A DNA stretch of 64,000 nt from Phoronis australis (lineage: Eukaryota; Animalia; Phoronida). Position 1 is the stretch's first letter. Every line of letters begins with the position of its first letter. Made by a program: the position numbers and the translations under genes. Shown piece by piece: positions 36,626-50,606 of the stretch. Where the stretch lies: positions 238,546 to 302,545 of the forward strand of contig NMRA01000254.1 in NCBI GenBank assembly GCA_002633005.1. The letters run 5' to 3'. The notes under the pieces are model-generated. The model saw nothing but the letters and a program-made list of their open reading frames with translations, was not told the DNA's origin and ran no database searches.

Positions 36626-39600
36626 CAGGAGATATACTTAGTGTTAGTAATACCTTTCAATGAAATAGATTACAACTATAATATTGTTACTATTGAAACT
36701 CCTACTTTTCCTTCTACTGCTGCTGTTAGGAATTCTCAGTTTTTGTCCTGCCTACAGGGGTGCTATCGCTTACAACTTACTGGGGACTGCCGTCGTGAAC
36801 GCGCCCAGTGTCCACGTCTTCAAACAGAAATAGTGGAACTTTGTGCGCGGTTCGGCACTGTATGCCTCATCTCATCATTATTTTACTCTATTTTATCTAC
36901 TTGTACTTATTAACGAATGTTTACACTAATTTATTTTATTTATTAATATTTCAATCTTATTGTACATAGCTCTCTGTATTTTACTTCATGTACTTATTTC
37001 CGACTGGGCCCACTTGAAAATCAATGTATTCACTGAAATGGTCACCCAGTCTTTTAAGAGGTTTAAATGAATAAACAAATATTTTCGATAACCGCCTGAA
37101 AGCTTTTATTCCGTTTTTATTATTATGTACTTCGTGTCAGGTAGATGCACACATAATTGGTTCTCTGCTTAAATCGTCGATGTTAACCCGAGGGACTAGT
37201 CTTTAGAATTGTGGACTAGACTTGTTCCCAGTTAGGGGTAGCCGATTTCAATCTCTTCTGACACGTCGTGAAATTACGTAAAGTAACTTCATGTTGTGTA
37301 GGCTCCTACAAAAATGCCCAAATTTTACTAACTTTGGAACATCCTATCAGAGAAATGGCTGGTCAGATTCAAATGAAACTTTCTGATACAATACTTTACG
37401 CATTGTTCTCCTACATGTATATGCTGTTAGAGTTTGCTTTCAAGATTATCCACTTTTATATGAGGGGTTATTATAAATAAATCTTTTATGATTTTCTCGA
37501 AACAATAAAAAGTGGCTTTAAAACGAAAATGGAGGGAAGTTAAAAAAAAATAACAATGCTTTTGTGATTTCATACTGAACATTTGTATGTAATGAAATTC
37601 TTCCAGGTTTTTCAAGGAATTATATCGAAATTGGAATTCCGGTGGAAAACAGACATCACCGACTCCCGCACTTTCAAAACAGCTAATCAGCCCGAAAAAC
37701 ACAAACCTCGGCCTTTATAACACGACCCCAACCTTTAAAATAGATAAGGATCGGACAGGAAACTCGGACATTTTTTTAAATTTTGTGAGACCGTTGTCAG
37801 TAGCCTCAAGCTTTGAGTTAAAGCATCTTCAAGTACTTTCCAGTTGAATTTGATATTGATATGGGACTATGGTTACCATTTCCTGCTCGTGGCTAGGTAT
37901 TGAAATGGGTATGATTTTTGACATGACCGTGGCCCGTCCGTACCCAACACACTTTTTTCGAAGTACTCCATGGTAAATGTTATCGCCAGTAGCTCCGGTC
38001 ATTTTTTTACAACATTGCAACCAAATTTAAAAAAGAAACGGTAAAGAGGAGACTGGTTATAAGCAAAAAACGTCTACCCAAATACAAATCAAGTCGAAAC
38101 TGATCGGACATCCGACTTTCAACCCGGGCACTGGGCCCGAAACGCCAAACAAATCGACCAACTTTCAAGCAAATTGTAAACGATTACATTAAAAACAGAA
38201 AATTCCAATACTACAGCATCTATAAAGAAAATCCATATCTGCTTCTTGCAAAATAGTTATGAAGGCAGATGAAAAATCTCGGATTGAATCCGCCAAATCG
38301 TCCACCACATAAGCACTTGCCATTTCTTATTGTCGAGTACACTGTACACCTCCGCGAGTAAATAAGGTCAACGCTTTATTCGCTAAAGAGATCGGTCATA
38401 TGTTGTCTAAAATTCTCATATAGTAAACAACATATCACATCAGCTATCTTAAGTACGGAGATTTATTTTTCATCAAAATGTGAAATTGATTTATGTCGTA
38501 TGAAAACAAAGCATTTTACAGGTAGTAAGGTACTATTTTCTTGGGACAGAAAATGCAGGAGTGGTCTTTCGGTCCCCGGGTGTCCTGTGCGATCCCAGGG
38601 GCTCCTGTTTTAAAAGTCGGAGTTCATGGTTTTCGGGCTGGTTAGCTATTTTGAGGATGCGAGTCTATTTCGACTCCGGAATATCTGTTTTTCACGGGGT
38701 TCCAATCTCGATGGAACACTTTGTTTTTAGTACCGATGTTTGACTATAAATGTATCTTTCGTTTTTTGCTAAAGCACGTGGTCACGTGACCCAAGTAATG
38801 CCATATTAATAAAAATTCAAACATAAAATTTTAAAGGGCTTCTGGTTTTAGGAAATCTATACTTTTACCGAGTTAAAAGCTATCGTTTTGTAGATATGTG
38901 GCTACATACAACTGTACACAGACTTGTCTTATCGGTAAGGTCCGACAAGGGCACAGAGTAGTCAAATTAACAATTTTATGACTGATTTTTGAAATAGCCA
39001 CGCCGTATTCAAATTCACTATAACACCAGACGGCGATCAGGTCTTTGATGGACAGGCGTTCAGCGCCACCTACAGATCCCATGTAATGGGGACGGGGGGT
39101 TTCAACCAACTGGTATATGTTGTGTGTTTTAAAGCATCTTTCCTGCTATCATAATGCCAACAAATTTCATCTGTTGTGTATTAATGCCTTAAGGAAAAAG
39201 GCCAACAATGGATGAAGGACATCGAAGTTCCCCATAATTCCCACTGACTGAGAAAACGAATCTGCGCCAAAGCCAGTGGATACGGTGGATAAAGCGGGAG
39301 AATTTCTATCATAGCTTGTGTCAGAAATCTAAAATTAGTTAATGAACTTAAACTAATCAAACAAGAGGAGTGGCTGATAGTGGTATTTTTCCTTGGTTTT
39401 TAACTTAATGAACCACTTAGTAAAAATTGAATTTCTCTCCATCAAATCTGAGTTGGGATGAAGCGGAAATCACTTTGGTACTCTCATTACTCTAGAGAGC
39501 GCTACATGAATATGAAAAGTCCCTAATGTCTACGATGTTGCTTGGCAGCTATATCAAATGTGTTTTAATGTCACTCTCTATAGTTTCCTTGTGTTACTAG

Positions 39601-39955
39601 CTTCCCTCCGAATAATAATAATAATAACACATAAAATTGTGTTATGCCTATTCACACAAGCTGTGCAACTGATACGACAGTCAGCTCAGTGAGTTTCTAA
39701 ATAAGGAGGCAATAATAACCTGGCAATAATTATTATTAGTTTACTCTACGTCCGCTGCGTGTTTCCGTCCACTTGAAAGAAGCGAAGAGACGTAGAAGGA
39801 ACTGTTCAAACACTTTGTGGCAAACAAGTGGAAGATGAACCCGAACGGTGAAAACATTTGATTTAAACCAAGACTGCTGCTATAAGATTGATTTCAATTT
39901 GTCTCTCCTCACTGGAGATTTAGCGAGATTTCCGGGCTTAAGGCTGTCACTGTTT

Positions 39956-40529
39956 CTCGCTGGTTCCCTGCGTGCCGCTAGGTGGGGCGGTAGCCGCGCC
40001 AGCACGCAGGTATCACTTAAATTTCCTCTGTAAATTTTTTTACACCGGAGTTTCTGATTGGCTAGTCGATTCGTCAACAGGCAGCGCTTTGCGCAAACAA
40101 ACTGGCATGGCTGATGGACTGAAGTGTAAATGTGGTCTGTTGTACAGACAAACCGGTGCTTAAAATTATGTTCAGGAAATGTGAAGCCTAGAAATTGTGA
40201 TTGAGCCTTTTCGGAATGCATCTTTCTACTGTCGATGACTTTTGTTTACGATAGTGTCTTTATACAGTATGAATAACACACCGTAATATGTGTTTATTGT
40301 GCATGTATGTGCTTCAAGCACGGGGCTATTAAACATCACTGCACAAACGAAATAGTTGCTGCGACGCCACTTGCATGACAAGGCTAAAATCATTCACAGT
40401 CTGCCATTTTTTTCACGGTGTTGTAAAGCTAACCAATGACTGCCAAGATTACATCGACCAATGCTAAAGCGCGTGCCACTGCGTGATACCTGCGTGCTGG
40501 CTGGGCTAAGCACGCAGGGAACCAGCGAG
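39956..40529. mobile_element. MITE with 10-bp TSD (Mutator-like), copy 1
   Basis: TIR ctcgctggttccctgcgtgc / gcacgcagggaaccagcgag; perfect TSD gtcactgttt (39946-39955, 40530-40539). Confidence 0.92.
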
Positions 40530-41089
40530 GTCACTGTTTGTGCGCCAGAACAAGCTGAGTAAAATACGTGGTCTTACAGTGCACGTTATGTCTTAGACTC
40601 AAATACTCATGACTTGTCCGTTATTCCCAGGCCTAAAAATCTCTTTGTATATTAGTAAATCTGAAACTTAACCCTGGCTGTCCCAGACTTGGCCCAGGGT
40701 CTAATGCCCGCAATTGAAATCGTGCTTGAAGTATTTTTTCATTCTCTGTTCTATTTCTAAAAGGACAGTGTCGTTTTTGGAGATTAGTACTAAATTATAC
40801 TTTTGAAACTATTAGCTCTGATTAGAGCTATAGAACACAAAAACCTTGGTGTTTATGTGACGGTATTACAAATCGCTAGTTAATGCTGATGTGTGCTCTA
40901 ATTAATCGAGTGAGATTTAACTCAGCCAGCAGAGCGTTTGGCTGCGACTACGAAAGCTTCCGTTTCGAATCCACGCTGGGGCTGTTCTCAGACAATTAAT
41001 TTCCCTGATAATGGCACTTTATATACACTCAAAACAAAATATTCTGTGTTCGAGTATATTATGCTTTAAGCAGGTAAGTGTCATGTTCA

Positions 41090-41222
41090 AATTTGCACTT
41101 GATGACCCCTTTATTCGAGTTACAAACCCGAGTATAACCTACAAATCTCACGTGAAGATTTGAGACGTCTTGTTCAGACTCGAATTTACAGCTTTTATGC
41201 TTGGGTCATCAAGTGCAATTAG
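41090..41222. mobile_element. Short MITE
   Basis: TIR ttgcacttgatgaccc / gggtcatcaagtgcaa. Confidence 0.75.
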
Positions 41223-41353
41223 ACAGTCATTCATGTAAACTTCACCAAGGAATAATGAACAACTATCGAGTGTAGAATGGAAGTGGCAACCCTAATTATG
41301 AATTCGAATTCTAAAACAAATATTAGAGCATTGCTTTATTATGGTGATTTTAA

Positions 41354-43594
41354 GGGACATGATCGATTTTAAGGCCGAAAAACGTTTTTTTTTTGGGTGG
41401 AATTGCTGTTGGGTGGTATGGATTTCTTGAAGTAATTAGTTTTGACCAGAGCTATTAAACAATAAAATACATGAACGATGTGGTTTTGTGATTATATTTC
41501 AAATTGCCAATTCATACCGTTGTCTGTCAGATATTCGCTATACTCAGGGCCGACGATTTTACCTGTTAACTATGCTCAAAATACTCTCCTGATTTATCGA
41601 GTGGCAGTTTGGCTGCGACCTAGGAGGTCCCAGGGTCCATTCCATAGCTTACATGTACCTCTATAAAACTGGTTTATGGTCTTGGAGAAAACGGACAGAT
41701 CGTTATTGTTATAGTCTATGCCTGGTTCATCAACTGACCTCCAGCCAAACAACATGGAACTATCATTCTTTTTCAACATCAGAAAAACGTTCAATTTGAG
41801 TAAGGAGCGGATTGGAGACCAACTCCAAACCGGAAAAGGCCTCATTCAAAAGTTTGTTTCTGACTGAAAGCGCGTGCTGCAGGCTTAAGGGCGCTGCCAT
41901 TACCTACATGTAAGGCCAAGATTAGTTGGCGAAAAATACTCCCGAGGATATTCGCAGAGAAACTATATCTTTTCAGGAAGAACCCTAAGTGTGAGCTATG
42001 ACTGTTTTTGCAATTAATTTCACCAGTAAATCCATTTTAATTTACCTGCAATATTGTGAGTGTTCAACGAATTAGTGATATGATTACTAACGTGGCCGAC
42101 AGGAAGCCTTTATGAGCGCTAATTTCAATGTCGTCGTATAAAAATTCCAAACCGATCACTGTGAAATTTTTATGTGACGGCAGATCAGACGTTTGACTGA
42201 GGTGTAAAACAGCAAAATATGCCGTGTTTCCGATTTTGTTGCAAATTGCCAGTCAATCGAAATCGAGGCAGCTGGGTAGCAAATTTCTCAAGAAAGCCAG
42301 AGTTTGTGACCATTTTGAAAAGCAAATTCAGGGCGTGCCATAAATCAGTGTAAATCCATTTCGACTACATCTATGTACATCTTGAGCAGGAATTTCTCAG
42401 TGTGAATGCCTATCTGTTAATTTGTTCGATGCTAGAAGTTTAGGGGCGAATGTTCGAACGGTACTGAGTGAGGAGACATTTAGATGCCTAGTTCTAATCT
42501 GATACCTACTTGTCTAGCCCGTTTCATCGCAAGACAATGGCACGAAAGTAGAACGGACTATCCCTAAAAAGGATTTTTACTGATGCTTAGCGAAACGTAA
42601 CCGTGAACATGAGTACACTGCATTTACTTACTCTCTGCACTCTGGCAAAAAGAAAATTGTACTACATTATTTTTATTCTAAACCATGTGGGCAAAACGTC
42701 ACGAGTCACGACATCATAGAGTGGATATGTCATTCTCAACTACAGCTTGACCCAAGGGCGGTGTCGAACTCAAGACCCGTGCGTCTGTAGCCTAAAGTAC
42801 TTCTTGCAAACTCATTGATCTCGATTTCAGCTTGAGTCTGGCAGACAACGGATGGAATCTCGCTGGTTCCCTGCGTGCCGCTAGGTGGGGCGGTAGCCGC
42901 GCCAGCACGCAGGTATCACTTAATTTTCCTCGGTAAATTTTTTTACACCGGCGTTTCTGATTGGCTAGTCGAATTCTCAACAGGCAGCGCTTTACGCAAA
43001 TAACTGGCATGACTGATGGACTGAAGTGTAAATGTGGTCTGTTGTTCAGACAAATCGGTGCTTAAAATTTATGTTCAGGAAATGTGAAGCCTAGAAATTG
43101 TGATTGCGCCTTTACGGAATGCATCTTTCTACTGTCGATGACTTTTGTTTACGATAGTGTCCTGTATTCATACAGTATGAATAACACACCGATTAAATCG
43201 GCCAGATATGTGCTTCAAGCACGCGGCTATTAAACATCACTGCAGAAACGAAATAGTTCAGTGCTGCGACGCCACTTGCATGACAAGGCTAAAAATCGTT
43301 CAGTCCGCCATTTTTTTACGGTGTTGTAAAGCTAACCAATGACTGCCGAGATTACATCGACCAATGTTAAAGCGCGTGCCATTGCGTGATACCTGCGTGC
43401 TGGCTGGGGCTGAGCACGCAGGGAACCAGCGAGCGGAGGGAATAAGCGATTTGAACTCAAATCACAAAAACTCAACGGATTTTATTGTTTTTCTACTGCA
43501 GCTTTGATCAAAGCTATAACTCCAAGAAGTTTATGCTATGTAGCTGTACCGCCCCAAAATGCGTTTTTCGGCCGCAAAACCGACAACGTGCCGT
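41354..43594. mobile_element. Old TTAA-flanked (Kolobok-type) non-autonomous element with degenerate TIRs of about 160 bp
   Basis: TTAA at 41350-41353 and 43595-43598; ggccgaaaaacg...ttcttg.agt...tttgtgatt...ttcaaat mirrored at 43445-43594. Confidence 0.65.
42859..43433. mobile_element. MITE with 10-bp TSD (Mutator-like), copy 2
   Basis: same TIRs and body as 39956-40529; TSD cggatggaat / cggagggaat (9 of 10 match). Confidence 0.92.
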
Positions 43595-45536
43595 TTAAGG
43601 AGAAATCAGCCGTTTTTTGATGTTACCCATGCAGTCTAGTTTTGCTTTCCGTGTTACTTACAGTTTCCTCGGTGTTTGCGTCCTACCATGGAACAATAGA
43701 AAGGGACGTACCGGTACACGGCCCAACATACGGAACATGTGTTTGTTCTGCATTCAAACCGGTTCAGCAAGCACGAACAACCAACACACACTGTGCATTC
43801 AGCATCTAATCGTAGGGCATCGTCTTTGGTCAATTGGAGTGAATACAGAACCAAGATGCAGCCCCTTTGCTAGACCGTTTACGTACAGTGTACTAACGTC
43901 TCTGTTGCTCCACGGATAATGGGGCTACAGTTATTCAAACAAGCATCTGCATTTTCACTAAGGGTAACATGAAAACGGTTGCTTTCCCCTTAAACATCCA
44001 TGTTTTTGTTTCAGAAATAAACATAAGACATAAAGGATATTGTTCATCCGACGACTGCGTGGTTTGCATAATTATAGGATGCGCCCAATTCACGTCAAAT
44101 ATAAAAAGGTCTCACTCATCGAAAGATATGACGAGAAGTGAAAATTGCACACCTTTACTTAGTAACGTTTTAAATGTTATTGTTTCGTAGAGACATGTTT
44201 TTATAACATGTTCACTGCCATTTAACAATAGTCACGGTTCTGTTGGAGAAAAAATGTATTTGAAGTTGTTTTCAAGGCTGAAAGAATTCCTTTCTTGCTG
44301 AAACGGAATCATATGGACATACTTTGTACTGCATTGGTTTGCGTTTGAACGTTTTATGGGATTTTGAAATAAAATGAATAGAAAAGAGTCTTGAATGCTC
44401 TGCCATGAACGTTTGGAACGCATTTAAAAATCTGTATTAGCATTTTGTATGTTTAATGTTATAAAAATTACCTTGGTTTCAGAAATGTTAGAGAACAAGA
44501 ATTATGACCAGCCATTAGCGATTCATTTGTGTAGAAAATTTAAATTCACTTCAATGACATAAATAAATAGAACACTGTGTGCACATTTTTTTGCATTGTT
44601 ATTCGAGTGTTACCTCATATGCGCATGTGTGTGCCCATGCGTCAAGTTGATTCTGTACTGCTCAAAGTCAGGCGCATGCGCGGGTATGCGAGAATTTGTT
44701 TCGAATGTATGTTAAACTTGAACTATCCATGGTAAATGTATTAACGTTAATCTTCAATTTCAAATTTTGACATTGAATTTAATTGTTAAGTTACTGAAAG
44801 TTGCGTTACAATCTGTCGATCGTGTTTTACACGATTAATCGGAAGACGCACCATGCTTAATTTACTGTTCTCCAAAATGCTGATAAATTTTTTTTTTTAA
44901 ATCTTCCGCCTTTCCATGAGGGGCTAACGAATTAAGCATTTTGTGATTTTCATGCGCAAAAATAAAACTTGTATTATATTCTAGATGACTGTAAAAGAGG
45001 TTTTGAGATCTCATTTTTAGCAATTATATCTACTAAGTTTAATCCTGTTATTGATACTGTAATTGTCTTATGAGCTGTAACTTTCTTTTTTGTTAAATTT
45101 CATTATAAAAATAGTCACGAGATCCAATGAATGATTGATTCCTAAAAAGCCAAAATAGAATATTGAGAGATTTCCTTCTTTCTGAAAATATATACTGGTT
45201 TAACATCTGTAACTATGTAGATATTTGGCTAAATATGGCTCAATGTGGTTAAATAGCTGACAATAACCTTTAAAGTGCATCCCGTACGCACATGCGCAGT
45301 ACCTAGATTGTACATAGCGGTCAACAGATTTTTACCAAGGTGGCTATGGGAAATTGCCAGGATATTAAAGCTAATTCCGCTGCAGCTCTAATGAGTAGGC
45401 TCATGGGACGTGCAGTTGAGCGTAAAGTCTAATGGTCATCTTTTACAAGTTTCTGTTTGAATGAGCTTTAATTATTTCCACTGCAGTGTCAATCAACGCA
45501 GCATTAATGATAAAGATTACGTCTGATTTTACAGAA

Positions 45537-45642
45537 ATGTATAACATATCGACCAACCAATCATCAGCTATAGATCTGAAGTACGTGTCGAAACTTCAGC
45601 CCTTTGAAGATATCATCATTGGCGTATATACCATACTGTTAG
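45537..45642 (+). CDS. Opsin-like GPCR (probable neuropsin/Opn5-like, group 4), coding exon 1
   Basis: ttttacag acceptor 2 nt before the ATG; MYNISTNQSSAIDLKYVSKLQPFEDIIIGVYTILL-G with two N-glycosylation sequons; SKL...D...G.Y resembles the Opn5 N-terminus; G|gtaggt donor, phase 1. Confidence 0.78.
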
Positions 45643-46637
45643 GTAGGTTAATCGAACGTTCAAGGGAAGGTACTGTATGGAAATCGTCTTCGTTACGTTA
45701 TTTTTATCAGAACACAACGTTTCGGATCTATTCGGGTTTACACGTGCTCGTGCGCTGTAACACCTCGGATGTGAAATAACCTTCGCCCAGTTTCACTGAG
45801 AACATGAAAAAGGAATGTAAGACATTCTTCTGGCACACAATAAGACTGTAAACACATCGGCCTCTAGCAAGACACATGTATTGTTGCTGCCTACTCTCAG
45901 TTTTTTTTTTTCTGAAGCTGCAAAAATCTCCTTAAAAGCAACTTTTTTATTTGGTTATTGTGAACCTCTTTGAATTTCTTCAACCGAAAAACATCAAACA
46001 GTTTAAACCGTTCTGGTGTCAAAACCACCAACATTCTTCACAGCCGTGTTTGGTTTTCCAGACCAACCTCTTCGGGTTCTTATACTTTGTTTGAATTGAA
46101 ATTGGCAAGGGCAAGTCGCGTGGAACACCCTTGACGACCATTCTGTATTGGCGACCTGAACTAACCCACCTTGACAAAAAATGTAACGGGTCTGGTCTGA
46201 CGGAATCACGACTTTTGTTCTAGAAACCATGATTTTATCAACACGAGACCGATTTTATTACGACAAATGGACCAAAGCGTATAGGCAGAATCAATTTCCC
46301 GTTCAAAGTCGTCCAATTCGCAAATTTGCGTGCTGTGTGTAACATGAATGTTTTTTGTAATATTGAAATACCAATCATTAAGAATCATTTGTGATCGTAT
46401 ATGACTTCGTGGGTGGTCTTTCTGCTTGCCCGCCAGATATTAAAAACCAACCTTTTCCTACTTTGAGAATGTTAGTTAATTGTTATGTTAGAAAAGCAAT
46501 AAAATGTGGTTCGACTAATGTACTGCTGCCAGTTTTCGAAGAGAACACAACAGAAAAAGTATCAGAAAGGAACAGGATAGCTTGAAAAGGTGATCTCGAG
46601 ATTTACAACCTTATGGACAAGAAAACTTATTTTAGAG

Positions 46638-46992
46638 TTAAAGTGGAACTAATTCGTTATCTCTGTGAGTGCTAGGCCAAATTAATTAGAAACACAACAT
46701 GTAGCGATAATCTGAATACGACGTCGGTTGAAAATTGCCAAATGTTTTTAAGAACGAGTTTTGTGTCGAAAATGATCCACCGTAAATCACGTGTCCGCAT
46801 GATGCGGGCTATGTGAGCCCCCAAGGCACGTCATTAGTGCAAAGGTCACCTATTTGCAGATTTTTTTGTTTTCCATATTGACAAGTTGTCAATGAATATA
46901 ACTACTGCACTTTGTTTAGCGTAGATTATGTTCAAATAGTCTTGTCGTTTAGTTCTTGCTATACATGCACATTAATAGTTAGGAGCATGCAA
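46638..46992 (+). mobile_element. TTAA-flanked (Kolobok-type) repeat arm, inverted relative to 50607-51037
   Basis: ttaaagtggaac start; tttttaagaacgagtttt, catgatgcggg, agtgcaaaggtcacc and ttaggagcatgcaa all mirrored downstream. Confidence 0.8.
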
Positions 46993-47052
46993 ATAAATTT
47001 TTAATACAATGTATTAATCGTTACAGTAGCTCTTTCTTATTCTAACACTCAG

Positions 47053-47235
47053 GTGTTGAATCAGGGGTGATGAACCTGCTAGTATTTGGTGTCATGTTCG
47101 CAAGACGAAAGTTCATCAAACCTCAAGACGTATTGGTCATCAACCTCTCCGTAGCGGACATGGGTATCGTGTTCAGCACGTTTCACATGATGGCTACGTC
47201 CGCGTTCAACCACAAATGGACATACGGAGACACAG
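47053..47235 (+). CDS. Opsin-like GPCR, coding exon 2 (end of TM1, TM2, ECL1)
   Basis: ctcag acceptor, G|gtaaga donor; NLLVFGVMFARRKFIKPQDVLVINLSVADMGIVFSTFHMMATSAFNHKWTYGDTG carries class A N1.50, NLSVAD and the opsin-like SAF.H.W.YG..G motif. Confidence 0.85.
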
Positions 47236-48288
47236 GTAAGAACATCCTTTCAAAATTAGAGTAGGGAGTGAAGTTAAGCAACGGTTGTTTATTTTGAACT
47301 TACGTGCATGTACCGAAATATTACGCATGTGGCACAGGTTTTTTCATGAGATGAAAACGAGGTCTGTTAAAGAATTTACCGTCAGTTGGTACAACTGGCG
47401 CGGTCGGTGTATGAATTTCGAGAGGAATAGTGTTAAGAATGGCCACGTCGTTCATACTGTAGGTACAACATTGGATAGTGCGACAAAGCAGTTACATGTA
47501 GGTCATGCCCAACAGAATTACCATTGCGAAGTCTCACAAGCCACAGGCGCTCGCATGCAGCGACACAACCACAAAGGAACCTGATTCGAAGTCTTTGGGT
47601 CTTTTCATAAATTACTAACCTGTCCGCTGAGCTCCATTCAGATGTCAGAGGCTCTATTCCGAGGCTAGTATAGCTTACACTGTATGTGTTGATTTGCACC
47701 ATAGTTCATGGGAAGATTATGGGTGTTTCCGACTTTAAACATACTGCCAGTCCCTGAAACTCCTATCGTTTTTGAATGAAATTACAGCAATCGAATATCG
47801 AGCATCACCCCTGCCGATACCGGAAATTACCGACGCAATAACCCATCGCTATTCTTAGTTTCTGCGAATGGCCGGGTACATAATCTCTTCGCTTCTATAG
47901 CCTGTTCCACACTATCTGTGTATCGGTTCTTGCCTGCGCATGGTAGCGTTTCATTTACGACAAAGCTGCATTTCGAACTTCCAGTAGTCGTATTCACCGA
48001 CAAACACACGAGTAATACAGTCGACGCCTCAATAAAGAGCCAATATGGGGACACAGCAATTTCATTTCGATTCGCTTATTCATGTCAATTGAAGTCATTT
48101 GGAACTGGATTGCAAGCATAATGACGATACAGGGGGCTTGGAGTGCGTTAGCAAATTAACTGCAACACTTTTGCAAACATAGAATCGACAATCAAATAGT
48201 CAACCAGGCGACAAAAATGTCGGTTTTACAATCCGCAGACACGGAAAGATGAGCTGTGAATTAGCTTGATGTTGCTTTTCGATTCAGC

Positions 48289-49411
48289 CACAGGCGCTTG
48301 GGTTTATCGCAAATGACGTCAATCAATAATATATATAAGAAAACATAAAGGTTGGACACTTAAACTTTGCCAAGCCGAGGATCCCAACTCAACCGTCCAA
48401 AATCCAAATAAAATCTGCGTGCACCTCCCTCAGTCTGGTGTTGCATAAACCTTCGAAGCCTTATCTTTCCTAGATCCCATTAACTGTCTTCGTGAGTGGT
48501 GAATTGGCGATGGAATTTCCAAAACAATCTCAAAACTCTGAATTCAAGGACCTGAAATAGTAAATATGGCGGATTTCAGTTGTGCTTCAACTTGTACGCC
48601 TGTCGTAGGTGAAACTTCGAGTTTGAGCAAGCAACCTATATTTCAAGTTCAATAATTCTAATCCAAAACTCAACTAATTGAGAATGTTAAAGTTAGTATT
48701 TTAATGATTATTTGTAACTTTATTCCACTGACGGCTCATTTTAGCCCTTAACTTAGAACTTTATTACATAAACTGGCGAATCTTGTTTCTCATCTTGACA
48801 TCACGCACTTTTTTGATTGAAGCACAGCACACACTCGGCCAGGAAACGCAGTCCGTGCAAGTATTACAATGCGCGTGGCCGACGAGTTAACTCAATGGTT
48901 TTGGCCAAAAGTAAAACCTTCATAAGAAATCACAGTACACAAAAACTTCGCACATCAATACAGTATCAGGATAATTTATATTTGACACAAATATGTGAGT
49001 AATTACATTTATTTGGCAATAAAGTGCTCTCTGCTTCTCATGATCAAGTAGTCGAGGGATTGACGATGAAAGCCGCGCGAAATTAGACTTAGATTTAGCT
49101 CGGGAGCGTCCGTTAACTTAAAAACCCGGATGTGCGAAGACCGTCTGCCATGACATCACGGAATCACTTCCTTGAATTTGTGATTTTGGCATTTTTTTGG
49201 CATTTTTGTAGCCAAATCACCACTCGAAGGCAATTTGAAGAGATCGAATGGAAGAAAGTATTCTAAGAGTTGTCCGATGCTAATTTCGTAGAGTTCCATG
49301 CACATTTGAGTAGAAAATTCTGAGCAAACAGATTTCGAGTGTCCAACCTTTATGTTTTCTTATATATATATTATTGAGTGACGTCATTTGCGATAAACCC
49401 AAGCGCCTGTG
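48289..49411. mobile_element. Recent non-autonomous P- or hAT-type DNA transposon, TIRs of about 72 bp, 8-bp TSD
   Basis: CACAGGCGCTTGGG...CCCAAGCGCCTGTG termini; perfect TSD gattcagc (48281-48288, 49412-49419). Confidence 0.92.
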
Positions 49412-50606
49412 GATTCAGCTATCTGATTTTCCGCAAAATGGCACCCAGTTACCTAATAAATCGTTTAAGGCCCTAAAATTTGACAAAGCATTCGAAGGTA
49501 ACGGAATATCCCGTTATGTTTGGTAACTATTCAACTATTCCACTATTCCACAACACAACTGCCGATGAAGAAACACTTTCAACGACGTTACCTCATCGGG
49601 GTCCATTGGTGATCTGAGGTATGGAATATGAATACACAAGTCTTTGTTGGTTATTCACGATGTCCTTACGTCAAATGTGACGTCACCCACCCATGGTCCA
49701 CAACTAATTGTTCCACTAAATTCACAGCTGAGAGTAGAATTAGAACATGAGAGAAAATATAAGCGAAATGTACTGAAAGTGAATTCATTTCGTTATGGAC
49801 TTGCTTTGTTATAAGTACGAATTTATTTCACTTTGCGCTTGTTCAACAATCGTTCTGCTTTCGTGAGCTACATGTACGAATGTTTGGGAAAAGGTGGCGC
49901 ACGACCGTAATGTTCTACATTCTACCACGCTTTATAAATTGCAATTGATACATTTATTGACTTGCTGGAACCAGCCACTGCTGTAGCATAAGTGTCGGTC
50001 TTTTTTGGTAATATCGTATGTTTGGTGTCAGCGCTCAACGTTATTTTTTGCCGATTTTGGCATTGATAAACCAGTTCTTGGCAGCTCCTACAGGTTGTAC
50101 AAAGCCTGGAAATATGAACAGTGTATTGTTCAAAAGACTTCAAAAACATTGTCAAAGTCTATTAAAACTGATTTCAAAGTCAATTTTCTGTATTTTACGA
50201 CAATCGGAAGTGCAGCCGGCCACTCAAAGCACGAGCAAAACTATACTTGAAACAGATAAATGCAGCCGTGGCTAAAAAAACTACCGAGTGCTACTTAAAC
50301 TATTGATAGATTTCACAAATCTATTAACAACACACGTTTTGCATGATGTTTACCGCGAATCACTTGGTCAATATGCAAGTCTTGTTGTCAGTCTAACACA
50401 TCAACCAGAAAGAAAACAGCTGGAGAAGCCCAATTTTTCGAATTCACTGGGCTATTTGAGCCAATGAGAGGTTCTTGCCTGCTGACGAACTTGCCTGACT
50501 TACGTGCAGCTATTAGTAAGCCAAATGGTCACTGCGGACAATTCCGACATGGCGATCAAGTTAATAATGGCAGCCGATCATGTCGCTGGAACATTTAAAG
50601 ATGTAA

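Noticed and set aside
40908-40982. tRNA gene (also a minus-strand tRNA-like segment at about 42748-42825)
   Set aside because: Only degenerate A/B boxes and poor stems; at most decayed tRNA-derived SINE heads
45700-45790. Second Penelope/hammerhead-like fragment (gatccgaaacgttg on the minus strand)
   Set aside because: The CTGANGA half of the core is missing
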